From an uncultured Spirochaetota bacterium (GTDB lineage: Bacteria; Spirochaetota; Brevinematia; Brevinematales; JAOACQ01): DNA of 64,000 nucleotides. Each line of letters starts with the position of its first letter. Positions within the stretch are counted from its first letter, which is position 1. The translations under genes and the position numbers were made by a program. Below, piece after piece: positions 28,199 to 37,302 of this stretch. The notes under the pieces are model-generated. The model saw nothing but the letters and a program-made list of their open reading frames with translations, did not search any database and was not told where the DNA came from. The stretch lies in assembly GCA_963835575.1 (NCBI GenBank), contig CAWIGG010000002.1, forward strand, positions 896,001-960,000. Reading direction: 5' to 3'.

Positions 28199-29906
28199 AA
28201 AAAACGCCCTCAATTGATTTTATAAATCGGAATAATTTTCTTTCAATATTAAATTTATCAAAATTCTCATATCTTTCATATATCAGCATCTCCCTCATGA
28301 AATACTTCTGTAAAAACTTCCATTCGGATTGTTCTATCGATTGAAAGAAAGAGGGATTAACATCAAGTGATTTCATATAATCATATATCAATTTTAATTG
28401 AGATATCATGTTATCAATTTTATGAAAATCTATCAACTGAAAATTAAATAGTTTTTCTTTATCCAATATGCTGTAATTATTTTTTGTGAAATGATCGTCC
28501 AGGTTTTCAGATACAAAATAATTGAGAAATGCTCCCTGGTAAGTACTATTGATTAAATGAATATCAGGATTGAATTTCAAAACACTGGCGGCGGATTCTT
28601 CAAACCAGCCCCTGAAATTGTTAAGTACAAAATCAGTATACAATGTCTCATTCTGGACCGGGTATAATGATTGAACCGGCATGTATTTTCTGGATAATAA
28701 AATATTCAAAAAAATGCTCTGCAGGGGATTCATCCGGCTGCTGGAGTGTATCATTTGGTAATAATGGGATGTTGAAGGAGAATGCGAGCAATAGTAAGTA
28801 TACGCGAGGTCCTGGCCCGCAAGTATGATAGGATTTCCTCCCATTAGATAAGCAAAATAAAACGCGGATGTTGAAACAGACCCCCCTGTTTCTATATCTC
28901 CGATCCTGAATCCCCCGGTTGTTTCCATCCAGTTAACTAAATCATTTTTAACGAGAAAGGAATGCCCATTGTAATCAATATCCATATGGGCGGTATTAGC
29001 CGCGAAGCTTTTTATTGATCCTGTTTGATTAATGGATTTAAAAAAATCGGGCAGACGGGGATTTACTACAACATCATAAATCAAACGGGTTTTTCTTAAA
29101 TAATCATGATCTATCAGACAAAAATCCTTTAAATTATGTATCTGCGAATCAAGAGAATAAACAAAATCAGGAATTATCCCGGCTTCATACAGCGGAATGA
29201 GCGCGGTGTCCACCGCAATAATAAAGCAATACTTATAAATATTTTCTATATTTTTCAGGGAATACTTAAGCGATGGGCCGGCTGATATGATCAGAATGGG
29301 AATATTCCGGACCGTATTAAATAATTGATTGACAAAAAAAGAACTTTTAAGATTACTGATATTTTTAATAATATTGATAAACCAGATTTCCTCAAATCTC
29401 AGGCGCGTGGCAAAATCACCCAGCTTGACTTTAAGCAGACGCTCAATACGGTCTTCAAAAGAAACGTATAATTCTTTTTTATAACATCCCCTGAGAATTA
29501 CAGTCTTTATATGGGTCAGTTTTTGCAGTTCAAATAAAGAAAATATTGTATCCAGTCTTGAAGCGTCATCTTCAGGAGAAATAACATAATAATTCTTTTT
29601 CAATTTATAAATATTTTTAAATATAGAGAATATTTCCATATTCTTTTCAATAATAATTAAATTATTAAATCCGGCTCTTTCCAGTATTTCAATGTGGTAG
29701 CCAAGACCGGAACCAATTATAATTATGAGAGTTTTTTCTTTATCCAGGGGCAAAATCTGTTCAACTAAACGGTTCGCTTCTTTTTCGCAGGAATAATAAC
29801 TATGGACATACTGGCCTTGAATGCGAAGTGTGTAATGATTGTCTTTTGTTTTAATTAAGGAAGGGTTTTGTTCTGCAAGAGTTTCTAATTTGGAATTATT
29901 AATCAT
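28185..29906 (-). CDS. Motility-associated factor (Maf, MAF_flag10/DUF115), putative flagellin glycosyltransferase
   Basis: HSYYS..KEA, GSGLGYH, SAGPSL, IIAVDTA, PDFVYSLD, GGSVS, PIILAGQDLAY. Confidence 0.85.
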   Translation of the reverse strand: MINNSKLETLAEQNPSLIKTKDNHYTLRIQGQYVHSYYSCEKEANRLVEQILPLDKEKTLIIIIGSGLGYHIEILERAGFNNLIIIEKNMEIFSIFKNIYKLKKNYYVISPEDDASRLDTIFSLFELQKLTHIKTVILRGCYKKELYVSFEDRIERLLKVKLGDFATRLRFEEIWFINIIKNISNLKSSFFVNQLFNTVRNIPILIISAGPSLKYSLKNIENIYKYCFIIAVDTALIPLYEAGIIPDFVYSLDSQIHNLKDFCLIDHDYLRKTRLIYDVVVNPRLPDFFKSINQTGSIKSFAANTAHMDIDYNGHSFLVKNDLVNWMETTGGFRIGDIETGGSVSTSAFYFAYLMGGNPIILAGQDLAYTYYCSHSPSTSHYYQMIHSSSRMNPLQSIFLNILLSRKYMPVQSLYPVQNETLYTDFVLNNFRGWFEESAASVLKFNPDIHLINSTYQGAFLNYFVSENLDDHFTKNNYSILDKEKLFNFQLIDFHKIDNMISQLKLIYDYMKSLDVNPSFFQSIEQSEWKFLQKYFMREMLIYERYENFDKFNIERKLFRFIKSIEGVFYDKH

Positions 29907-29923
29907 TTATTTTTTTCTTCCTT

Positions 29924-30511
29924 TTAAATGTTAATGAGCAAAGCCAAATAAATTCCCAGGCTGGAACACACAAATCCCAGCAGTATTCCGGCAAGAATAT
30001 CAGATGGATAATGCACACCTAAATATATTCTGGAAAAAGCGATAAGACTTGCTAAAACATAAAAAGGTATGGATAAAAGAGGGTGATAATAATAAAGTAC
30101 AAAAGCTATGGTAAAAGCTCCTGCTGTATGACCGGATGGAAAAGAAAAACGGTCAGGAGGCTTAATTGCATAAGATATTTCCTCATGCTTAACATAAGGT
30201 CTTTGACGGTTGAAAATATGCTTGATAATCATCTGCAAAGCGACTTGAATAAGAGAACTAAAAGTCAGGGCAATGCCGGTCGATACCTCGCCGCCAGTTG
30301 TCAGTTCTCCTTCCTGAAGTATGCCGATAAGAAGAAATATGGCGCAGAGAAAAAACCATACAAAACCATCCCCGATTCTGCTCATAAGCCTCATAAATGC
30401 TGTAAGGACCCTGAACCTTCTTTTTGACAAAAAATGCACAAAATTTTTATCAATATACCGCCATTTGAGATTTTTTTTGATTTTTTTAATATCTTTTTTT
30501 TCTTGCCCAAT
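29924..30511 (-). CDS. PAP2-family membrane phosphatase, start uncertain
   Basis: KHIFNRQRP, SFPSGH, SRIYLGVHYPSDI. The frame is open upstream of GTG 30439 to 30550, with no other canonical start in that stretch. Confidence 0.88.
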   Translation of the reverse strand: MGQEKKDIKKIKKNLKWRYIDKNFVHFLSKRRFRVLTAFMRLMSRIGDGFVWFFLCAIFLLIGILQEGELTTGGEVSTGIALTFSSLIQVALQMIIKHIFNRQRPYVKHEEISYAIKPPDRFSFPSGHTAGAFTIAFVLYYYHPLLSIPFYVLASLIAFSRIYLGVHYPSDILAGILLGFVCSSLGIYLALLINI

Positions 30512-30581
30512 CTGTTCCTCTTTGTTATAAAAATTCCGGTTTTTAAAGTCTCAAATAAGCGGGTGACAACATAAAAGATAT

Positions 30582-31073
30582 TTAATTTTTGTTTGTCAAA
30601 TAATTTTTTCGGTATTCCTGCTTAACTTTATGAAGAATTCCATTAATATAATTTGACGTATTATCATCACTATAATCGTTAGCAAGTTCATTCGCTTCTG
30701 AAATAGTGACTTCAATTGGAATATCAAAGCGGTATAAAATGGAATAAATAGAAAGACGAAGAATTGCTTTGTCGACAGAATGAAGACGGTTAAAACTCCA
30801 GTTTACCAGATGTTTTTTTATAATTTCGTCAATTCTATCCAGGTTGGATATTGTTCCGCTGAGTAGTTCAGTGCCGAATTTATATACTTCTTTTCTCTTA
30901 TCTTCCGGTATAAATAATATCTCTTCATTGTCATTCTTGTTTTGAGTCATATTTTCATACCATTCAAAAGAAGAGATCTCATGGAGTGAAAGAGGGTAGA
31001 TATCATAAATATAGAGGGACAGAAAAACTAATTCCCTCCCTAATTCCCTGACTCCATGTTTTATGGAGAGCAT
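30582..31073 (-). CDS. nusB: Transcription antitermination factor NusB
   Basis: IDEIIKKHLVNWSFNRL..VDKAILRL, ISEANELA, YINGIL; follows ribH. Confidence 0.92.
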   Translation of the reverse strand: MLSIKHGVRELGRELVFLSLYIYDIYPLSLHEISSFEWYENMTQNKNDNEEILFIPEDKRKEVYKFGTELLSGTISNLDRIDEIIKKHLVNWSFNRLHSVDKAILRLSIYSILYRFDIPIEVTISEANELANDYSDDNTSNYINGILHKVKQEYRKNYLTNKN

Positions 31074-31089
31074 TTGCTCAAAATACCTG

Positions 31090-31554
31090 CTATTTAATCT
31101 GTGAATAAAGGCTGGACATTTCTACAGCCGATATAACGGCATCGTAGCCTTTATTGCCGCTTTTAGTGCCGGCCCTGTCAATAGCCTGATCCATATCATC
31201 TGCTGTTATTAAGCCGTAGATAACAGGAATTGTACCCTCTGCCGACAGCTCCATGATCGCTTTGGCTGAATTAGAAGCGACATATTCAAAATGAGGAGTC
31301 TGGCCGCGAATAATTACGCCGAGGCAGACAATAGCCTGATATTTATTCTGGGCCAGAAGTTTCCGGCAAAGGCCGGCTATCTCGTAGCTTCCCGTCACTT
31401 TAAAAACGTCAAGTTTTGCCGGATCGCCGTTTAATTGTTCAAAGGCGTTAAGCGCTCCATCCAGCAGTTTGTCGCCGATGAATGAATTAAATTTGCTGAG
31501 TACAACAGCCAGGCTCATTCCCTTTGCGGATAATTTACCTTCGTATATATTCAT
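31090..31554 (-). CDS. ribH: 6,7-dimethyl-8-ribityllumazine synthase
   Basis: SKFNSFIGDKLLDGA, GSYEI, GVIIRGQTPHFEYV, RAGTKSGNKG. AAGGAG RBS before ATG 31554. Confidence 0.95.
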   Translation of the reverse strand: MNIYEGKLSAKGMSLAVVLSKFNSFIGDKLLDGALNAFEQLNGDPAKLDVFKVTGSYEIAGLCRKLLAQNKYQAIVCLGVIIRGQTPHFEYVASNSAKAIMELSAEGTIPVIYGLITADDMDQAIDRAGTKSGNKGYDAVISAVEMSSLYSQIK

Positions 31555-32575
31555 CGTAAGCTCCTTCATAAGATTTATCAATTATACTAATAGAAATTTC
31601 TCCATTATTGATTTTGTCTATAATATATTGCTGAATTATTTTTTTAATTCTTTCTTCTTTTAATAAATTTTCCAGGAGAGGTCTGGCTTCTTCAAAAGTG
31701 CTTTGATGTACCGGTTTTCGACTTATAATTTTTAGTATTAAGTAATGCATTTTATCCGGTGAATTACGGAAATTGATGACTTCAGGTCCGAGTACAGTCC
31801 CATTTTTAATCTTGATTGGAACTTTAGCATTGGGTATGTTAGTCATCAGGGATATAGATAATAATTCCTCCGGATAGCCGGAATTATAAAGTTCATATAC
31901 ACTTTTGGTCCCTGTTCTGCCGGAATATGGCTCGGGATTTATAATCTTTCTATAATTATTTAATAACGGAGTAATATCATCGCTTTTTTTTAAAGCATCA
32001 GCCAGTACCATGAGATTTTTTTCAAAATTCTCTAATTGGCTTAAATTTAAATCTTTTGGTTGAGGAACAGATACTATATAAAGATCCAAAACAGGAGGTT
32101 CCGTAAAATACTTTTTATTCTTTTTATAAAAATCATTTAAATCCTTATTAGGAATCTCCTCATCAGATTTGTTTTTAATTTCCTCTTTATAAAATGCCAT
32201 TGACCGGATAATCTGGCTCTTTTTTACCTGCATCCGGAATTGATCCGGAAATTCCTGATAAATCTTGAGCCTTGTTTTAATAGATGGATCATTTGTGCTT
32301 TTAGCGTTTGTTATTGCTGAAATATATGTATCCACTTCTTTTTCTTTAAATATGATCTTCTCATCGTTTTCAACCAGAGTAAACATGCTGTATGTTGATA
32401 ATAATTCTTGAAATGCGCCATTTGTAACACCGTTTATCCGCAGGAATTCATCCATTTTCTGAAGATCGTATTTTGTTATAGAGTATTTTCCGACATTGGC
32501 AATGATAGAGTTGACTACTAAACCATGGCTGAACACTGTCAAATTAAAAAATATGAGAATCCAAATGAGTTTCAT
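31535..32575 (-). CDS. SurA/PpiC-like periplasmic chaperone
   Basis: Signal peptide, VNSIIANVGKYSITKYDL, FYKKNKKYFTEP, TFEEARPLLENLL. Confidence 0.7.
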   Translation of the reverse strand: MKLIWILIFFNLTVFSHGLVVNSIIANVGKYSITKYDLQKMDEFLRINGVTNGAFQELLSTYSMFTLVENDEKIIFKEKEVDTYISAITNAKSTNDPSIKTRLKIYQEFPDQFRMQVKKSQIIRSMAFYKEEIKNKSDEEIPNKDLNDFYKKNKKYFTEPPVLDLYIVSVPQPKDLNLSQLENFEKNLMVLADALKKSDDITPLLNNYRKIINPEPYSGRTGTKSVYELYNSGYPEELLSISLMTNIPNAKVPIKIKNGTVLGPEVINFRNSPDKMHYLILKIISRKPVHQSTFEEARPLLENLLKEERIKKIIQQYIIDKINNGEISISIIDKSYEGAYDEYIRR

Positions 32576-32661
32576 GTTTAATTACTCCTTATTAAACTTG
32601 TATATAAATATACTATTATTTTTATAGTTATTCCAGTGTAATATATTGGATTTTAAATATA

Positions 32662-33468
32662 TTATAACGAAACTTTTTCAAAAAGAGGTTCATTTTGCGG
32701 TAAAATGTTTCCTAATATATTTTTCGCCAGTATATTAAGCTTTTCTGAAATATCTGTCGCATAAAAACGGTGCCCGGGAATATTTTTTTCGTCATTCTTC
32801 ATATTATTTGTTTCTAATATAACTTTTAAATCATTTGCAGTCGAAGAAGCGGAATCAATTAATTTGACATCAGGCAGTAATTCGGAAATAACATGAATAA
32901 TAAGAGGGTAGTGTGTACAGCCCAGGATCAGCGTATCGATACCGCTTTCGCCCAAATCTTTTAAATATTCTTTAGCAATAAGCTTAGTCGCTTCATGATC
33001 AATAAAATTCTCTTCAATAAGCGGTACAAAAAGCGGGCAGGGTTTGGAATAAATCATCAGGTTATTATTTAAATATTTCAGCGTATTTGTATAGATATCA
33101 CTTTTAATAGTTCTATTCGTTCCTATTACGCCGATTATACTATTCCTTGTGGCATAAAGAGCTCCTTTTGCCGCAGGTTCAATTACCCCAAGGATTGGTA
33201 TTTTAAAATGTTCTTTTAAATAATCAAGAGCAACGGATGAAGCGGTATTACAGGCTACTACCAGAACTTTTATATCGAATTTTAACAGGAACTTTGTGTT
33301 GGCTATTGAATACTGTTTGACTATATCGCCGGATTTGTCCCCATAAGGCAAATTTGCAGTGTCTCCCAGGTAAATTATTTCTTCATTCGGCAGGAGCTTA
33401 ATAATTTCTCTGGCGACAGTCAAACCGCCGACTCCGGAATCAAATACGCCAATTGGTTTTTTATTCAT
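32662..33468 (-). CDS. murI: Glutamate racemase
   Basis: FDSGVGGLTV, PYGDKS, VACNTAS, LGCTHYP. Confidence 0.97.
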   Translation of the reverse strand: MNKKPIGVFDSGVGGLTVAREIIKLLPNEEIIYLGDTANLPYGDKSGDIVKQYSIANTKFLLKFDIKVLVVACNTASSVALDYLKEHFKIPILGVIEPAAKGALYATRNSIIGVIGTNRTIKSDIYTNTLKYLNNNLMIYSKPCPLFVPLIEENFIDHEATKLIAKEYLKDLGESGIDTLILGCTHYPLIIHVISELLPDVKLIDSASSTANDLKVILETNNMKNDEKNIPGHRFYATDISEKLNILAKNILGNILPQNEPLFEKVSL

Positions 33469-33480
33469 AAAAGCCTTTAA

Positions 33481-35064
33481 TCACTTAATTTCCGGTTCAT
33501 TTTCCAATTTCATCAGTATATAGTTCATACTGTCAACAAGGGCCTGCCAGCTTGCTTCTATGATATTCCCTGAAACGCCCACTGTGCCCCAATCGTAGCC
33601 GTTATAACGGAACATTATGAGAACACGGGTAATTGCGGCTGTTCCGGCTTTCGGATTGAGGATTCGGACCTTGTAATCCATCAGTTTTATATTTTTTATC
33701 ACCGGGTAAAAAACCGAAAGCGCGTTTTTAAGGGCCGTGTCCAGGGCATTAATGGGTCCATCTCCTTCTGCCACGGTCAATTCCTCAAGATCTCCGACTT
33801 TTACTTTAACGGTCGCTTCAATTACAGGATTTGCCCCTTCTTTTATATATGTAAAAGTCTTAAAAGATTCTACATGAAATTTTTCTTTAAATAAGCCGGA
33901 GGTTTTCTTAACCAGCAATTCAAATGAAGCATCGGCGCCTTCAAATTCATAACCCATATTTTCCAGCTCTTTGATTTTATCAACTAAAAAAGGTAAAAAC
34001 TGTTTTAGAATATTTAATCCCAGCTCTTTAGCCTTTTCAAGGATACTGGATTTGCCGGCCTGTTCGGAAATCAATATTCTCCGTTTATTACCGACTGATT
34101 CAGGCTCGATATGTTCATATGTCCGTGAATTTTTCAAGACGGCGTTGGCATGAACCCCCGCCTTATGAGTAAAAGCGCTGATACCGGTATAGGGCTGTTT
34201 GGTATCAGGAATCATATTTGACATTTCGTATATATAATGGGATAATTCCACCAGTTTTTTCAATTTTTCAGATTTTATGTGAGTTAAAGTACAGCCCATT
34301 TTAAAAATAAGATTGGGCATGATTGAGCATAAATTGGCATTCCCGCATCTTTCCCCGATCCCGTTAATAGTGCCCTGAACATGAACAACGCCGTTCTTGA
34401 CCGCTTCTATACTGTTGCCGACAGCGCATTCGCTGTCATTATGGGCATGGATGCCCAGAGGCATTTTTATTTCCTTCTTTATATGTGAAACAATGTTGGC
34501 AATCTGATGCGGCAGCATTCCGCCGTTTGTATCGCAGAGAACCAGCGTATCGGCGCCGGCTTTTTGGGCTGTTTTGAGAACTTCCAGGGCATATTCCGCA
34601 TTATCCATGTAACCGTTAAAAAAATGCTCGGCATCGAAAATGACTTCTTTCTTATGGTCCTTCAAATAAGCGATGGAATCATAGATCATTTCCAGATTGT
34701 CTTCCAGCGCAATGCGGAAAACTTCCCTGACATGAAGGTCCCATGACTTACCGAATATTGTTATAACGGGTGTATCCGCTATAAGAAGTTCTTTTATGTT
34801 ATTATCTTCATTCACTTTATTTTTTGCATGCCTTGTGCTTCCAAAAGCGGCGATTTTGGCGTTTTTAAGCTCGACTTTCTTAATTTCTTCAAAAAAAGTT
34901 TTGTCTTTGGACATGGCCCCCGGCCATCCGCCTTCAATGTAATCAATCCCGAAGCCGTCCAATTTTTTTGCGATTGCGATCATATCAGTAATAGAAAAAC
35001 TTATTCCTTCGGCCTGTTTTCCGTCTCTGAGAGTCGTGTCGTAAATTAAAACCTTCTGGGCCAC
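33481..35064 (-). CDS. cimA: Citramalate synthase (LeuA family)
   Basis: DTTLRDG, YIEGGWPG, FGKSWDLHV, FDAEHFF, GERCGNANL, GYEFEGADASFELL. Confidence 0.9.
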   Translation of the reverse strand: MAQKVLIYDTTLRDGKQAEGISFSITDMIAIAKKLDGFGIDYIEGGWPGAMSKDKTFFEEIKKVELKNAKIAAFGSTRHAKNKVNEDNNIKELLIADTPVITIFGKSWDLHVREVFRIALEDNLEMIYDSIAYLKDHKKEVIFDAEHFFNGYMDNAEYALEVLKTAQKAGADTLVLCDTNGGMLPHQIANIVSHIKKEIKMPLGIHAHNDSECAVGNSIEAVKNGVVHVQGTINGIGERCGNANLCSIMPNLIFKMGCTLTHIKSEKLKKLVELSHYIYEMSNMIPDTKQPYTGISAFTHKAGVHANAVLKNSRTYEHIEPESVGNKRRILISEQAGKSSILEKAKELGLNILKQFLPFLVDKIKELENMGYEFEGADASFELLVKKTSGLFKEKFHVESFKTFTYIKEGANPVIEATVKVKVGDLEELTVAEGDGPINALDTALKNALSVFYPVIKNIKLMDYKVRILNPKAGTAAITRVLIMFRYNGYDWGTVGVSGNIIEASWQALVDSMNYILMKLENEPEIK

Positions 35065-35262
35065 CTAAACCTCCGTTTAAGTAAAGTTTTTATTTAATTC
35101 AGAAAACTAGTCAGATGAGATGAAACCTTATTATTTTAGACTAAGATTATAATTGGATTTTATTATACTGTCAAGGAATAACTGACTCTCTTAAAATAAT
35201 TGAGGAATTATTAAAATTAAACTATAATATAATGCTTATGCGGGATGACAGGAGGTATAGCA

Positions 35263-35472
35263 ATGAAAAAAAGTATAATGAATAAGCAGAATTGGATTCT
35301 TGTGATCGTCGGCATTATTCTGGTTTATTTCGGTTTTTTTCTTATTTCTTTTATTACAACTAATTATGACGGAACATATGCTTTTATATCTATTTCAACA
35401 GTTGTAATAGGATTGGGAACAGTAATAGCGGGTTTATCCATCCGCTTCAATGGTGATAAAGAAACAGAATAA
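35263..35472 (+). CDS. Small two-TM membrane protein (DUF3098-like)
   Basis: GGAGG RBS; K.NWIL.IVGI+L+..GF.L pattern; overlaps the next gene. Confidence 0.6.
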   Translation: MKKSIMNKQNWILVIVGIILVYFGFFLISFITTNYDGTYAFISISTVVIGLGTVIAGLSIRFNGDKETE

Positions 35473-36308
35473 TGGACCGGTGGATTATCAAAGATCCTGC
35501 CACACTCATTTCTTTCCTTTCTCAAATATTAGGCATTTCAAAAAATAAAGCAAAAAAGATCATTGATTCAAGGAATGTTTTTGTTAATAATAAAACGACA
35601 TGGATGGCTAACCATTTACTGAAATATAACGATATTGTCGAATATGCAGAAGAACAAAAAGAAAACAGTGAAATAAATATAATTTATGAAGATGATTATA
35701 TTATAGCTGTAAATAAAACTTCCGGGATCATAACTAATAATGAGCCCCATTCATTAGAATCCAGATTAAAAAAATTTAAGAAGAATCACGAAATCCGCGC
35801 TGTTCACCGGCTGGACCGGGATACAACCGGTGTGATTCTCTTCGCAAAAAATAATGATATTTTTGAACGCTTTAAAAATATTTGGCAGGAACAGAAAGTC
35901 AAAAAAATTTACCGGGCCATATCCCATAATGAGGCTCGATTTAAAAAAATTTCAATTGATATAAAAATAGAAAATAAACCGGCGTTATCAATTGTAGAAT
36001 TGATTAATAAAAACAATGGCTTCTCATATTTTAAAATTGAGCTTATTACCGGCAGAAAACATCAGATAAGACTGCATCTGGCATCGATACGGCATCCGAT
36101 TGTCGGCGACAAGGAGTTTGGACATAAAAAGATAATTGATTCAAATTTGAAGAAAATTACCAGACAGATGCTTCATTCTTATCAGATCAGTTATATTTGC
36201 CCTTATACAGGGAAAAACATTTCGATTACCGCTGAATTGCCGGATGATTTTAAGGATTTATTAAAATTACTGGAATTGATATACGAGCAGTCCTCAAAAC
36301 TAACATAA
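35472..36308 (+). CDS. RluA-family pseudouridine synthase
   Basis: IIYEDD..IAVNK.SG, VHRLDRDTTG, TGRKHQIRLHLA...HPIVGD. Confidence 0.93.
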   Translation: MDRWIIKDPATLISFLSQILGISKNKAKKIIDSRNVFVNNKTTWMANHLLKYNDIVEYAEEQKENSEINIIYEDDYIIAVNKTSGIITNNEPHSLESRLKKFKKNHEIRAVHRLDRDTTGVILFAKNNDIFERFKNIWQEQKVKKIYRAISHNEARFKKISIDIKIENKPALSIVELINKNNGFSYFKIELITGRKHQIRLHLASIRHPIVGDKEFGHKKIIDSNLKKITRQMLHSYQISYICPYTGKNISITAELPDDFKDLLKLLELIYEQSSKLT

Positions 36309-36360
36309 TTTGAAAATAGCTATGCTAACTATTTAATGGATAAGGAACAACGGAAAGAAA

Positions 36361-36524
36361 CCACAGATTTCACAGAAAACACAGATTATTATTATGGAAG
36401 AACGAAAATATGAAATTATTAGCGCGGCAATTTAGCCGTTTCCAATCGGTATTTTTAGTAAAAAACAAAAAATATAATAGGCGTCGAAAGGCTCATTAAA
36501 AGTTAATATCAGTGAAATCGGTGT
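36361..36524 (+). pseudogene. Possible relic of a repeat-flanked GxxExxY-type cassette
   Basis: CCACAGATTTCACAGA and inverted TCAGTGAAATCGGTGT (13/16) flank fragments MEERKYEIISAAI* and IGVERLIKS*. Confidence 0.35.
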
Positions 36525-36597
36525 AATGGTTCGACTGATGCTCACCACGGCGTCTGCGGTTGCTGCTCGCGAGATTGAAATTCCCGGACAGTCAATT

Positions 36598-36627
36598 AAA
36601 AAAATCCCCCGCCGGAAAAGCGGGGGA
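36598..36627 (-). terminator. Rho-independent terminator after bactofilin
   Basis: TCCCCCGC/GCGGGGGA stem, then U7 on the minus strand. Confidence 0.8.
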
Positions 36628-36647
36628 AATGATTCGTATTTTGATGA

Positions 36648-37109
36648 TTACTGCTTTTTATGGGATGAAGAAGAACCGGAGCCTGATGGAGATGGAGCCT
36701 GGCTCGGAGCGCTGCTCTGGGATGTGCTTGGTGTCGGCGTACTGGTAGTTACATGTTTCTTATCGCCCATGACGCAGCTTCCATTAAATGTACAGCCGCT
36801 TTCAACAATCAATTCGGGAGTTTTAATATCTCCCGTCAGTTTTGCGTTATTAAAAAGCTCCACTCTTTCCGTTCCTTCAACATTTCCGTTAATCTGGCCG
36901 TAATTAGTAATAACTCCAGCTTTAATTGATGCGCCGACTATAGCATTGGGACCAATAATCAGATGTCCTGATGCATCAATCTGGCCTTCAAATTTACCTT
37001 TAATCATCAAGGATTTGGTAAATTTCATTGTGCCTTGAAAATTGATATCTTCCGCCAGAACGGTATCAATCATACTTTCATCAATGTGAAGAGCATTGTC
37101 TTTAGACAT
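36648..37109 (-). CDS. Bactofilin (polymer-forming cytoskeletal protein)
   Basis: DTVLAEDINFQGTM...IKGKFEGQI...LTGDIKTPELIVESGCTFNGSCVM; S/P-rich tail. Confidence 0.93.
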   Translation of the reverse strand: MSKDNALHIDESMIDTVLAEDINFQGTMKFTKSLMIKGKFEGQIDASGHLIIGPNAIVGASIKAGVITNYGQINGNVEGTERVELFNNAKLTGDIKTPELIVESGCTFNGSCVMGDKKHVTTSTPTPSTSQSSAPSQAPSPSGSGSSSSHKKQ

Positions 37110-37302
37110 ATATCCCCCTTGGATTTTTTATCATATAATAATAAAACATTATAGGTTCCTCGGTTATAGAGAAAAGAAACTAAAAGTTAATCTTGAGGTA
37201 TTATTCTCCTATATTATAGGTTTTTTGTCAAAAAAAATATAAAAATAATATCTTTACAAATTAGTAAAGATATTATATATTATAAATATAAGGAAGTCAT
37301 TA

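Noticed and set aside
36526..36903. 125-aa plus-strand ORF
   Set aside because: It is an antisense shadow of bactofilin and its terminator, with no RBS or motif.
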